A stretch of DNA of 61,310 nt, the filler included, from Sluysia triapertura (lineage: Eukaryota), in NCBI GenBank assembly GCA_046118255.1. It is 4 parts of 4 records of this genome, joined end to end, with 100 filler letters (N's around TTAATTAATTAA, not from the genome) between each part and the next. Parts side by side here need not be neighbours in the genome. Positions count along the whole stretch, not along the records: positions 26,538 to 47,528 come from JBJNIA010004446.1; positions 47,629 to 61,310 come from JBJNIA010025729.1; 2 more parts are not named here. The stretch is one strand, 5' to 3'. Positions 39,345 to 51,786 of this stretch are shown here, piece by piece. Below the pieces are notes generated by a model. It was not told the origin of the DNA, did not search any database, and saw only the letters and a program-made list of their open reading frames with translations. Position numbers and translations under genes: made by a program. The first letter of the stretch is position 1, and every line of letters begins with the position of its first letter.

Positions 39345-42300
39345 ATGGGTAAAACATCAAAAGATAAGCGCGATATATATTATCGTTTAGCAAAAGAAGA
39401 AGGTTGGCGTGCTAGAAGCGCATATAAATTATTACAAATTAACGAAGAATTTAATATTTTTGAAAGTTTATTTTTATTTAAATTGTTTGAACTAGAAATT
39501 AGAAAATAACGAATTAGTAAAACGTGTTGTTGATCTTTGTGCCGCACCTGGAAGTTGGTCTCAAGTTTTATCAAAAAAACTGTGGCAAAGTAAATCTGAA
39601 GAAGCCAGAGATGAAGTCAAAATAGTAGCTATTGATTTGCAGGAAATGTCACCTATTGAGGGAGTATTTCAGGTTTTGTAAATAAACAATATTTTAATCA
39701 GATTTGTAGTTACAAGGAGATATAACGAATGAAGAAACAGCAGAACAAGTTATTTCACATTTTCATGGTCAAAAGGCCGAATTAGTTGTATGTGATGGTG
39801 CACCTGATGTTACAGGTTTACATGATATTGATGAATTTATCCAACATCAGTTGGTTCTTGCTGCTCTTAATATAGTAACTCATGTATTAGAATTGGGAGG
39901 AACATTTGTAGCTAAGGTATTTCGTGGACCTGAATCACGACTTCTCTTTCGTCAACTTTGTTTATTTTTTAAAAGTGAAGTTATTTGTGCCAAACCGAAA
40001 AGCAGTCGTAATTCCAGTTCAGAATGTTTTGCTGTATGTCGCGGATACCAACCACCTAATGGTTATGTTCCAAATATGTCTAACCCGTTACTATTAGGAG
40101 ATTATAAAGAAAGTAAGCAGATTTTATTTAATAATTTATTTACAATAATTTAAAGGAACTAATTTTTATAGTTTAAGAACATTTTATATATGAATTACTC
40201 GAGATATTAGTAATAAATTTCTGTGATTAAAATAATCGAAATTATTGTAAAGGTCAAATTATTTTCAAAGGACGTCTAAACAAATTTCAGATTTTATCTT
40301 CAAACAATTATTTGCCTGAATTTTTCTGATCTGCTTACTTGTCAAGCTTAGTAGTTTTTTCTTTCATCATATATTTGTCTTGTGCTCTGTCGCCATAGTT
40401 TACCATAAGTGTATTTCGAATTTAATTTAAGTATTTCTTCATCCTTCGAAGATAGGCTATCTGCTTACATAATTTTGGTGTATCAGATTCATAAAATTGT
40501 CGAATGCAATTTTATCGGAATAAAGTGAAACTAATATAAGACCATTCAATTTATTAAGTTATACTATTTATCGTCAAATACTCTGTTTACTACCAGTATT
40601 TCTAATCGGGGCAGCTGCATTCATACTATGGCGTATATGTTAGTGGGTAGGTTTCACATTTGCCTTTCTTTACCACTGCATAATCATTATGAAGCAAATA
40701 GATAAGTATGATTGCAAATATTTTCTTTAATTTAGCTTTTCACAATTATTTTCTCAACAAAATTTAGTTGAAAATCATTAAGAAATGCATAAGAGAATTT
40801 GAGGAATTTAAAATCATCATGGAAATCGATTGTTTTGATTTGTTTATTAATCGATTTTTTACTAGACAACTTTTCTATTCGGGAATATCTGATTTTCACA
40901 TTACTGAGTTAAGGTAATGCGTCATAGTTAACTTCTAATCCATACCCACTAATTTCCTAATAACGTGGTTAATTCGAAGTCAATTTTTAATTTCATTTGA
41001 ATTCATAAATTTTCATTATCTGTCTTTATAATTTTGCATAAACAGCGCATAGAACCCTTTTTACTTATTATTCTATCCAAATACTAAAATAAAGCCCTAA
41101 AACACTATCGATAACATTCTTGAAACACTTTCAATTGCTCTGATTATTGTATTAATATCGTAAATTTAAGGGTTCTCAGTAAAACTACATAGGTTTTACG
41201 ATTCATGTAAAAGTTTGAATGCATCCAAAATGTCTAAGTTTGTCAAATTTATGATAAAACATCGATTTAGTTTCCTGTTATAAATCATTGCAAACACTAC
41301 GTTCTTAGAACTTTTAAGATTGTTGAAATAATGCTTAAAATTTCAATTATCAGTTGTTTATTCAAAAATTTCTATTGTCATCTACCAATAAGTATGTATG
41401 AATTGCATATCATGCGCGTCTATCAGAACCTACAATAAATAAACGAATTTGGTCTACTATATAAAGAGTCGTGAAGTCAAAACGATTTTCATGAAACGTA
41501 TTGCGATAAAAACTTGTGAAATATAAATTAATTGGTAGGCGGAGCATTAAAAATGCAAATATTAATTTATCAACAAACTAATTCGACCCTTTTTAATTTT
41601 ATACAAAGGGTTGACCCAACCAGGAAACATTATATACAATTTAAAAGATAAAATTATTTAAATCTATAACTATAAATTACTAAGTCAATTACCATCGAAT
41701 TTATAACAAAAGAAACAAAAATTGGTTTATCAAAAAGTCTAAAAAATACCTCACTTCGAACTAATTCCTTTTCTTTCGTTGGTAGAATAAATTGATCGTT
41801 TGATAGTTCACCATCCATAAACATAATGAAATGAGGGATAATATGATATTCTCAATAATCTGACAACCCAACCGTTACCGCATGATGGATAATTACCAGA
41901 ATTTTTTTAATATAATGCTAACATTGGTGTAGGGTATTTTAAGAAGCTCACATTTAGAATCATTTCATGATACATCTTTGTCAATTTATTACCACACGGT
42001 GATATCGTACAAAAGTGATGAATATGACATGTACGAGTAAAACCGTCAAAACAGACCAAGTAAGTATCACAATAATAAATCTCGGCGAAAAGTTCCTAAT
42101 CACTGTTCTGATGTAGCATTTAAATACCATTTTCTTTTTTATCGTCCACAAACAAGCATATATTACTCTTCATCAAACAGACATCTTTATTCATAAAATA
42201 ATGGATCAATAGATTAACACACACGCCCTCTAATTCCACACATCTTACTATTTCCCTATTTGTTTGAAGTATCTTATTTGATATATCACCGTCATACCTC

Positions 42301-45300
42301 AGCCTCCCCGCTTTTTATCTTTAATAATTTTCATTTTATTCGATTCATCATTAAAAATTCGTTATTTACGCCACCTTTTAACCAATTCATCATTTTTAAA
42401 ACGTTTCCGTGTTTAACTTTTTTGAGTTCTGGATAGCGCATAAAAATATTAATATTTAATTTCAATTAAGTTTGTTCAATTAAAATTGTTTATTACGGGA
42501 TTTGGATTCAAAATCAACTTTGTACGTTTTTTTTAATTTTAAGGCAATTCGGTTGTAATTAAAAAAGTATATAAAATCTACAAAGACGAGAATAAACTTA
42601 AATCGAAAAGATATCTAGTAATTAAAGAAAACAATAAAAAAGAAATAAACCGATTTCTGTATGACACAGTTGAATCTATGTAGATTGAACATTCAAGATT
42701 TAACAAGGAAACTTTGGATGACTAAAACAGAAAAATGTAAAATACTGGGTGTCTCAATAGTACCAGAACCGCAAAATTAAATAAAAATTAGACATCAAAA
42801 ACGACAAATTTAATAGGTATATTTAGTATTTACGAATGCGATGGGGATTCTCACTGTCCCGATAAACATATCCATTCACTCCATAAGATGCAATCTGGAA
42901 AATCTGATGATTATTTACAAAATCGTAAAAATTCTAATCGATTATCCGGCTCGTCCTCATTTAGGGCGATAAGGTTTTAGACCAATGTCATGCAAGATAA
43001 GGTGGAGTGAGGTTCGAAGCATGTCCAGCTATTTCGATGCCTGGCGGAAAGATTTTTTAGGAGAATGAACAAATGAAACTGCCACTAATCTCAGTTTTCG
43101 GACGACCTTTAAGAGCATTTGGATACAAGATTGAACATTGTCGACTTACTCGGCATCTTTCTTCAACATGCTTGTAGCTACTCCTTAATAACGAAGATAC
43201 GTTCATTTAAATCTAAAGTCCTTTGCCTCATTTTTTAGAATGAGAGTCTAGGAGCGCAAGCTTAACAAAAATCAAGCAATGACATCAGAACAAAATAAAT
43301 AAGATCAAGCAACAAGAGTCATTCGCAAGATTCTACTATTCGCAGAAGAAAGTGAATAGTAGCGAAGATAACATCAAATCTGTTTTAAAATAAGAAATTG
43401 CATTTGTCATTTTTGATATCTAATTTTTATTTTAGTTTGCGGTTCGGTTATTTTTGTTTATATTATATCGAATGCTTTAAGTTATGCAAAAATTTTTAAG
43501 GATTGCATATTTTATAAAATAAAACTAAAACTCGAAAAAATTATTTCGTGAATGTCGCTGAAAATAGTAACGTAATGTGATAAAAATGAATTCGTTCAGT
43601 ATACTTCAATATTTATTTATATAGTCGCATTATAATTGTAAAAATATTGCACATTGACTAAATTACAAATAATTTCCTGATTAGAACATAGAATAATAAT
43701 ATTTTGTTTTCCGCATCAATAAAATAAAGTAAAAATGTATTGAAGGTTTCGCAGGGAAGTCAAAGTTTTGGTGAGCTAGGAATGTGACATTCATACGGGT
43801 CTTTAAAAATTGTCACGAAATCTGTGCATATTATATTATCAATATTTATTCGAAAATTTTAAAAATCGAAAGATTATTTTACTCAAATTAATTTCACTAG
43901 ATATCTTAATATGATAAGTATCAAATTTAACTGTTTAATTCAATAGATACATATATTTCGATAGATTCGATAGATATATAATTTCAACTAGGTGTAGATT
44001 CAAAATTGTTCTTTACAATACGTTGGGCTTTAATTTATTATTTAAAATAATTGTAAGTTCCACAAAAGAACCGATGTAATTATTGTATTGACTGAAAATC
44101 GCATTAATCACATATTTCTTACACATTACTCACTTCTATAAATCCAATGGAGGAATATTTTAATTTTTTCAAGTCTAAATTATCCTCTTCGGTTTGATTT
44201 AAGTATAAAGATGTTGGAAATTTTTACCAATGGTTTCGCGACACGAGAATTTATCTGATAAAACTTAATGAAAAGAGTTTTATTTTTATAAAATTTGTTC
44301 GATTTAAAATTAATTTATTTGTAAAATCTATCCAAGTATTGTTTTTATGCAAAACTGTCTGTTTATGCTTAATATAGCACTTTAACGTTGCCCTCTAGCG
44401 TTTGAAGATCTCATCGTCTTAGCACTACAAGCAGCTCCACTAATGGTTGATAAGTAGATGATGAAAATAAATCCTGTAAAAAAACGTTCAACTAATTCAA
44501 TGAATACATTTTTTCAGTCGTGAAAATATTCGAAAGGATTTCATTTGAGTTGGCAATGTATACTCTTTCAAATTTAACTTCATCTGACACTTCAAAATTA
44601 TTAAAATTTAAAAATTGCAACTAGACAACTAATTTCCATTAATTAGACAACTTTTCCATTAATTTTATATGCAATTCTGTCTAGATCTCTGTAGATTTCT
44701 AATTCTTGCAAGGGGCAGGGTTAATTTATCTCGCCAACCAGTTAGAATTCAGTATTAAAAAGTCTGTAAATGAATTTTTACGAATTACGTAATTTTGATA
44801 CAATAATATGATTTTCCAATAAAATGAACAAAATCTGAATTGCAGGATTACCATTATGATTACTAATAAACAATACAATGATTAAGTACTTCCTACTATT
44901 ATGATTCATAAAAACAGGCCACTGAACCCGGAAGTGGTTTTATATTTATTAAAATTGTTTCTAAGTCTGATTTCTCGTTTTGTGTGCAAATATCTAGCTA
45001 TTTTCATCATCAACAAAGGTGTCCGAAATATTTGCTTTATCTTCATGTGTGCTTTGATAACTTTTTTGATGAACATTACCACTGACATTGTTTAATTCCG
45101 TTTCTTAAAAAATAAACTGAATCATTTTTATCATTATAATTATTGTTCTCTTATTTGAAATAAATTATTTCATGACGATATGTTAATCATTCATTGTTAT
45201 GTAGATTATGAGTCATATTGATAATCCTACAATCCACTACATTGTGTCAATTATATTGGAGAATTATGTTATATCAAAATTGTCTCGCTCTTGTGTGATG

Positions 45301-45794
45301 TCATTTTACAGACTTTAATGCTGAATTCAAATCTGAAATCAGAGTTACAAGTTTCTAGTCTAAATGTTTTAAAATTAACTATTTTATCTTAAAAAGTTAT
45401 TGGTTTTCTGGGAATAAGATGTTCGAGTTTTCCGTACGACACAAAGTTTCTTATACACCTGGCGTTACAAATTAGAGAAATAATCTTCACTGAGGAATTG
45501 AACTAGGATGCTATAGAAAGAACGGTGATCCCTGTAAATTTTAAATTCTTTTATGCTATCATCTTATAGGTTATTACTAATTTTATTTCAGTACCACCAG
45601 AAAGGCCAGATTTAAATTCAGTTAACAGAGTCATTGTACCGTTTGTGTGTTGTGGTGACTTGATGGGTCTGGATGCCGACACGACATATGAATTAGGAGA
45701 TAATTACAAGTATCATTCACCGACTCAGGAACCTATCAATCCGCCATACAAAGAGGCATGCGAGTTAAAGAAAGGGTTAAAAGAAAAGGCGTAA
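39345..45794 (+). CDS. FTSJ1: tRNA (cytidine32/guanosine34-2'-O)-methyltransferase FTSJ1/Trm7, 298 aa; exons 39345-39465, 39503-39672, 39710-40112, 45592-45794
   Basis: [29 protein letters not shown]; [15 protein letters not shown]; [17 protein letters not shown]; [11 protein letters not shown]; [13 protein letters not shown]; [23 protein letters not shown]; GT-AG introns of 37, 37 and 5479 nt give one open frame. Confidence 0.97.
40350..42440 (-). mobile_element. Highly decayed LINE-like fragments in FTSJ1 intron 3
   Basis: Weak relics KRGG*G..VIY (APE endonuclease-like) and [16 protein letters not shown] (pre-RT KKG..YRP-like). Confidence 0.35.
42745..43456 (-). mobile_element. Tc1/mariner deletion derivative, second copy (family of 14065-14800)
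   Basis: TA-ctgggtgtc..ccgcaaaattaaataaaaattagacatcaaaaacgac terminus; internal reverse complement gccctaaatgaggacgagccggataatcgattagaatttt. Confidence 0.8.
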
Positions 45795-46584
45795 CCAATT
45801 ATATATAAGTAATGCGAAATTTAATTTCATTTGTATTTTATTACCCACTTATTTATTATCCAAAATTTATATTTATCTTTTGTTCTTTTCGATTGCTTTA
45901 TTCCACATTATATTACTTTATTACTTATTTCAAAGTTATGAGTACTTCGATTGCAATTAAAATCATAGAGATTGTAGTAATTGAAATGGAAGTTTAACGT
46001 ACTGGTGCTATATTAAAATTTGTGGAAAAGAAGTTTTGTATTTGATATATTATTTAAACAGTATTAATATGAATATTGTAATGGCCAAGATACGATTAAA
46101 CTAATGAAAAATTGAAAATTCAAAATGGACTTAAGGTCCTAACGATTATTAAAATGAAGTGTGTATGCTTTATGAACAATTATTATTACATAAATCTATT
46201 AGGGATTCACTAAAAAGCTTAATTAAAATTACGTTAAAATCTTTTACTAATAAATTGAAAAACATTCGAAAGCTCTGCATATATTGAGGTGAGAAATATA
46301 ATATAATAAACAAGACACAGGATATAATGAGGAATCTTACATCCTGAAACATCTTGATCCACGCTTTCTAGAAACACTAGTGCTTGAAGTAAAAAGTTAG
46401 TTGTCTCCATATAGACAGTGATCGCTTTTCCATAAATCGTATTGCGTTTTGATATACCATTTAAGTAATTTCCAACACCATACAAAATTTTAATTATGCT
46501 ACACAAAAGATAACATTAAGATAACTCAATATTGTAAGTAAAGTAATGTGCGGTTAGAATAAAGTAAATAAATGTAAAGATTAT

Positions 46585-46636
46585 CGTGAGCTCACCAACG
46601 TACTGGACACACCAGCGAGGGCTAGCCGTTGGATTT
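46585..46636. repeat. GC-richer structured motif, copy 2
   Basis: cgtgagctcaccaacgtactggacacaccagcgagggctagccgttggattt. Confidence 0.75.
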
Positions 46637-46984
46637 TAACGTAAAGAAAATGATGCTTAGCTTAAGCTGTAAAGGTCCTACCTAACTCTGTCGGAATTAA
46701 ATACCTGTTGTCATAGAATAAGTCTACATTCAAAATTGATGGGTCATTCGATTTTATTATGTTGATCATGTCTTGAACCAAAGAGATTACTGGTAATTCC
46801 ATAAAAATATCGATAAGTCCATTTAGGGAGATGTTAATATTCATTAACATTTGTGGATCTATTTTTCTTTCCATTAGTGTAATCTTTTTTAATAATTTTC
46901 TTTGTATTGATGAGGGTTGCTAGCTTCACTTAATATAACCAAACTTGGTTTAATACTTTGTGCGTTAAACATATTTAAGCGATT

Positions 46985-47528
46985 CAAATCATTATTTATA
47001 TTATCATTATTTAAATTATTATAATTATTATTAATTATAATTGTTATTATTAAAAATCATTATCATTATTTATATTATCATTATTATTATTAAAAATCAT
47101 TATTAATATTAATTATAATTATAGTTATTATGATTATTATTATCATTGTTATGATTTTCATTATCATTATCATTAACATTGAAATTATTATTATTATCAT
47201 TATTAATATTATTATGAATTATAATTATAATTATTATGATTATTATTATTATCATTAGAATGGTAATAATTGTTATTTTTGTTATTGATATTATTATTAA
47301 TTATAATTATAATTATTAGCATTATTAACTAATTATAATTAACATTATTATTAATATATTTTAAAAAAATCATTATCATTATTATTATTAATTTTCACTA
47401 TTAATATTATTATTAATTATAATAATTATTATTATTATCATCACTATTATTAAAATAATAATTGTTCTTGTTTTCATTATTAATATTATTATTACTCATA
47501 ATTATCATTAAAATTATTGTTATCATTA
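46985..47528. repeat. Degenerate (ATT/ATC)n low-complexity tract
   Basis: Read directly; abuts the gap. Confidence 0.9.
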
Positions 47529-47628
47529 NNNNNNNNNNNNNNNNNNNNNNNNNNNNNNNNNNNNNNNNNNNNTTAATTAATTAANNNNNNNNNNNNNNNN
47601 NNNNNNNNNNNNNNNNNNNNNNNNNNNN
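47529..47628. other. Assembly gap with linker
   Basis: N44-TTAATTAATTAA-N44. Confidence 0.98.
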
Positions 47629-47666
<38 letters not shown>

Positions 47667-47681
47667 TTTTATCAATTTTAG

Positions 47682-47884
47682 AATGATTGAATTTGGTTTG
47701 CCTAAAAGACCAAACCTTAAACCTGGTTTTGCTACTCGTAAATATTATAAAAGTCCTCAATCACTTTCTCCAAATTCTAGTCTTCGCGATTTGGCAAGAT
47801 ATTCCGATGATAATTCTACTAATAAACCTCAGCCTAAAATAAAACGATTGCCACCACATCCTCGAAAGGACTCATCAGAAAATG
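47682..47884 (+). CDS. Internal exon A of an unidentified gene (Pro/Ser/Lys-rich)
   Basis: ttttag acceptor, open frame, G|gttagt donor (phase 1). Confidence 0.6.
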
Positions 47885-48865
47885 GTTAGTGACATTAATA
47901 ACAAATTGTCATTATTATTATTATTTATATTATGATACAAGATTATATGCACAAATCATGGCATTTGAAATTCACAGTTGCTTTCATAGTTTACAAATTG
48001 GTATTATTTTCTTTAAATTAAAATATTTCAATAAAATCATGCTTAAAGAACTCGATTTATGATCATAAGTAGAAATTTATCTTCATGAGTTCGCCTGTGA
48101 TCCAAGGCTTACAAAATGACTTGTTCACACGATTCTGCAGATTAATAATAAGAATAGAAGTCCATAAATCATTTTTACTTATACTTTTGATAAGAAATAT
48201 AATTTTTGAGTTATCTATAATATTCAGTATTTCATAATAAGCTTAATCTAAAATTAATTCGAATTAGAATACTTTAAGTTAGATGTATTTTACGCCTCTA
48301 CTTAAAATAAAGTTAAAAAATGTAAGGTTTTACCTTTCTATTTAAAGTGAGAGTTGAAAAAGTTAACTAAATTTTATACCTATTTAAAATACTCTTAAAA
48401 TGGATTAAAATATTTTATCTCAGATTTTACAACTCTATATTAAACTTACATGTATAAAAACTAACGAATGTTATATATTTCAAATTTTTTACTTTGTAAG
48501 ATCAGATATGTTGCTTCCAATTGTTTCTATTAACTTTTCTTGATAAAGTTTTTTACTTTTTTTGCAATGCTTACGTATACATCAAAACTTTCTTAACAGG
48601 TATTGATTTTAAGATATGGTAATTATTATCAAGTTACGTTAATTAATTATTTAGATATCTAAATTTACCATATTATTTTTTACATTTAAATTTATTAATA
48701 TTATTATTACTTTTATTATTATTACATTATTATTAATTAACTTCCTCATTATATTTTTAGCTTAGTTTAGGTAGGCTATTGACTTATCATAATTTACTAT
48801 TAAATTTTCCTTTTCAGGTTGGTATACATTGCCAAATAAAGAAATTGGGAAAAAAATTGGTGAGA

Positions 48866-48868
<3 letters not shown>

Positions 48869-48930
<62 letters not shown>
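48869..48930. repeat. (ATT)n microsatellite
   Basis: Read directly. Confidence 0.95.
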
Positions 48931-48931
<1 letters not shown>

Positions 48932-49877
48932 AATATCAAAATAATTAAATTAATAATGCTTAAGAGATATAAAGAGATATCACACTTCTAATATAAATTA
49001 TCAGAGAAACGTAGAAAAATTCACTATAGCAAGCTCATTCAATATTAACTAACTATGGAAACGCTAGAACCAGATAAAACATAGAAGAATTATTATGTCC
49101 GTAGTAAAAGAATCTGGAAATTTTATGTTAGAGCAAATACAACTACTGGCAATATAAATATATGAGAAACTAATTCTATTAGTAATACAAACAAAGAAGC
49201 AAATTAAGTTTGAATTGGTTGATTTTAGTAATCGAAATTAATTTAATCATTTAAATACGGTTACTGATGTATCGACAATTCGTTTAAAAATTTACAATCG
49301 TGAATATGAATCATTCGAGTAAGTACAAAATTATTGTTCTTATTAAGGTTACATTATGGTTACGAGATTTGAATATTTTTTAACTACAAGTTGTAATCCT
49401 AATATTTTTGTAGTTTCATTTAAACAAAATTTTGTCGAATTTTAATTGTATCAGATTAATAAAAGTTGTATTTCATTGATTAAATTGATTGTATTTTCTG
49501 ACAGGTTTTCTCGTAAACAGATCCTTTTATTTTCGCAATACCAAATTAAGATTAAAGTCAAGAAACTGTTAAGAAGAATTGAAAATTACTCACAATAATT
49601 TATGGTTTAAAACTTCAAAAGTAACTTTTAAAATCATATTGTAATCTTTTATGTGATTAATGTCTATTTATACTATTTTTTGTACTTTACTATGTATTTC
49701 AAATCTAAGGTCTTTTGACCTTAAAACATAAAAATAATGATTAAATTTATACTAATAGAAGTCACTAAATAATATTTTAAAATAATACTTTTTAATATAA
49801 TAATATTTTTACCGATAAAATAATAATTAATGTTAGTAAAATATTAAATACTTTTTAATAATAATACTAATAACAAC

Positions 49878-49941
<64 letters not shown>

Positions 49942-50056
49942 TTCTGTAATAACAACTATTTAATATTATATTGCACCACTTGTTTACATGAAAAACATTA
50001 CATTAACAACATTACAAATTACATTTCATTTTTATACATTAACATTATTATTATTA

Positions 50057-50111
<55 letters not shown>
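49878..50111. repeat. (AAT)n and (ATT)n microsatellites in inverted arrangement
   Basis: AAT run 49878-49940; ATT run 50045-50111. Confidence 0.9.
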
Positions 50112-50113
<2 letters not shown>

Positions 50114-50825
50114 TTCAATGAAAATTACTGTTAATTTTAAACCGTAATACGAATTTTATTTGTTGATTTATTTTTCTTATTACAATTTTTATCACTTATT
50201 TCCTTTTGAACTCGAAATTGTTCACTTTATAATATAATTCGATTTTTTGTAAACAGTGAGATAACTGTTTTTGGTATTAATCGTGTCATTCAAATTGGTT
50301 TATAATTAAATTTATAATTATATTGTGGAAGTTAGATCTGAACTAATCACTAGTGATGCAAATTTTATAATTAAGTTAAATTTTAATTTACAATACTCAA
50401 AGATTAATGCATAAGGGACCACACATAATTTATTGAATTTAATTGTTACATAATTTTCTAACTGAAAATTTATTAATTGTACTTAGAGTAAAATAGCAGT
50501 TTTAAATGGATCATGATTATTTTCATATGTACATTTGTTAATTTTCTTTAATATGTAAAAATTAATAAATTTGTTGTTGAATAAATATATCTGTCGGATT
50601 ATTGTACCCTGAGTTCCTTAGCTCTATAGGTACTGTTGATAACGATATACTGATACCAACTTACTTAGCTTGTTTAAAATCTAAAATATTTATCTTTTAA
50701 TCTCGCGAGTATTCTACTTGTCTCAGTTTTCGAGACGGAAGTGCTTAATAAACAGTTTATTCTTTAGAATTTAAACTCTTCCTTTTTATCTTGCTGTTTC
50801 GATTAATTTTTTAACATTACATTAA

Positions 50826-50897
50826 CACATTATGAGCGGGGCGGGTATTAGTACCCGTTTTATGTACTGTCACTTAAGAATACCCGCTCATAATGTG
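50826..50897. mobile_element. 72-bp piggyBac-type MITE
   Basis: TTAA-cacattatgagcggg ... cccgctcataatgtg-TTAA; perfect 15-bp TIRs. Confidence 0.85.
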
Positions 50898-51585
50898 TTA
50901 ATATTACAGTATCTAAAATTTTTAGTGTAGCAGTATCATTATGTAATTTTTGGTCTGAGCTATTTACTATTGTGATTTTAATTTTTTGTTAATTAAAAGT
51001 ATTAAATTTTAATTTCTCATTATTTTTATTCAATCTCAATTTAAATTAATTTTCGTTGATTACAATGTTATTAAATTATAAAATCATAATATTTATGTCT
51101 GTTATATTGTTATCACAAATTATTTAAAATTATTTAAAAATCAATTAAAATCATATGAAATGCTTTAAAACTATTTACACATTTTTAAAATCACTTAAAA
51201 AAATAGTTATTTTCTAAAAAAGAAATTATTTTTCAAATAAATGTATAATTGGTTAAAATTTTGTATACATAAAAACTGCAAGCTAAATTACTAAAATTTC
51301 AAAATTTTAATTAAAATAAAACACATGTTAATTATATGTTAATTTGTTTGGATATAATCTAGTTTAGTTTTTTTGGTTTCCATCTATTTGACTCTTTATT
51401 ATTTGAAAAAAGTCATTTAGGTTCTTATTTTTAATTAGCTTTTTATAAATACTTGTTATAATTTAAAGTAATTGTAATACAATATGTTTATGTATTTTTT
51501 TGTAGTTATAAGAATATTTATAACTATAGGTTTATAATTTTATTCAAATTTGATGTTTTATCTTTATCTTTATTTCAATTATTAA

Positions 51586-51786
51586 CTCATTATGAGCAAT
51601 GGGTAATAGTATCCGCTTCGGTGATTGCCGTGTATATCAGCGAGGGGTTTTTTTAGTTTTGTGGACTGTCACTTAAGAGCGGGGCGAGTCTTTATATAAT
51701 TTGAAAAGTATTTTTTAAAAGCGAGGCAAGGGAATAGCAACTGCTACCTCTCTAAGCACTCTATTAGGGTACCCGCTTATAATGTG
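51586..51786. mobile_element. 201-bp piggyBac-type MITE, same family
   Basis: TTAA-ctcattatgagc ... actgtcacttaaga ... tacccgcttataatgtg-TTAA. Confidence 0.8.

Noticed and set aside
48779-48991. Poly-Tyr ORF and similar short Ile/Phe/Tyr-rich ORFs
   Set aside because: Translations of microsatellite or AT-rich DNA, or antisense shadows of real genes
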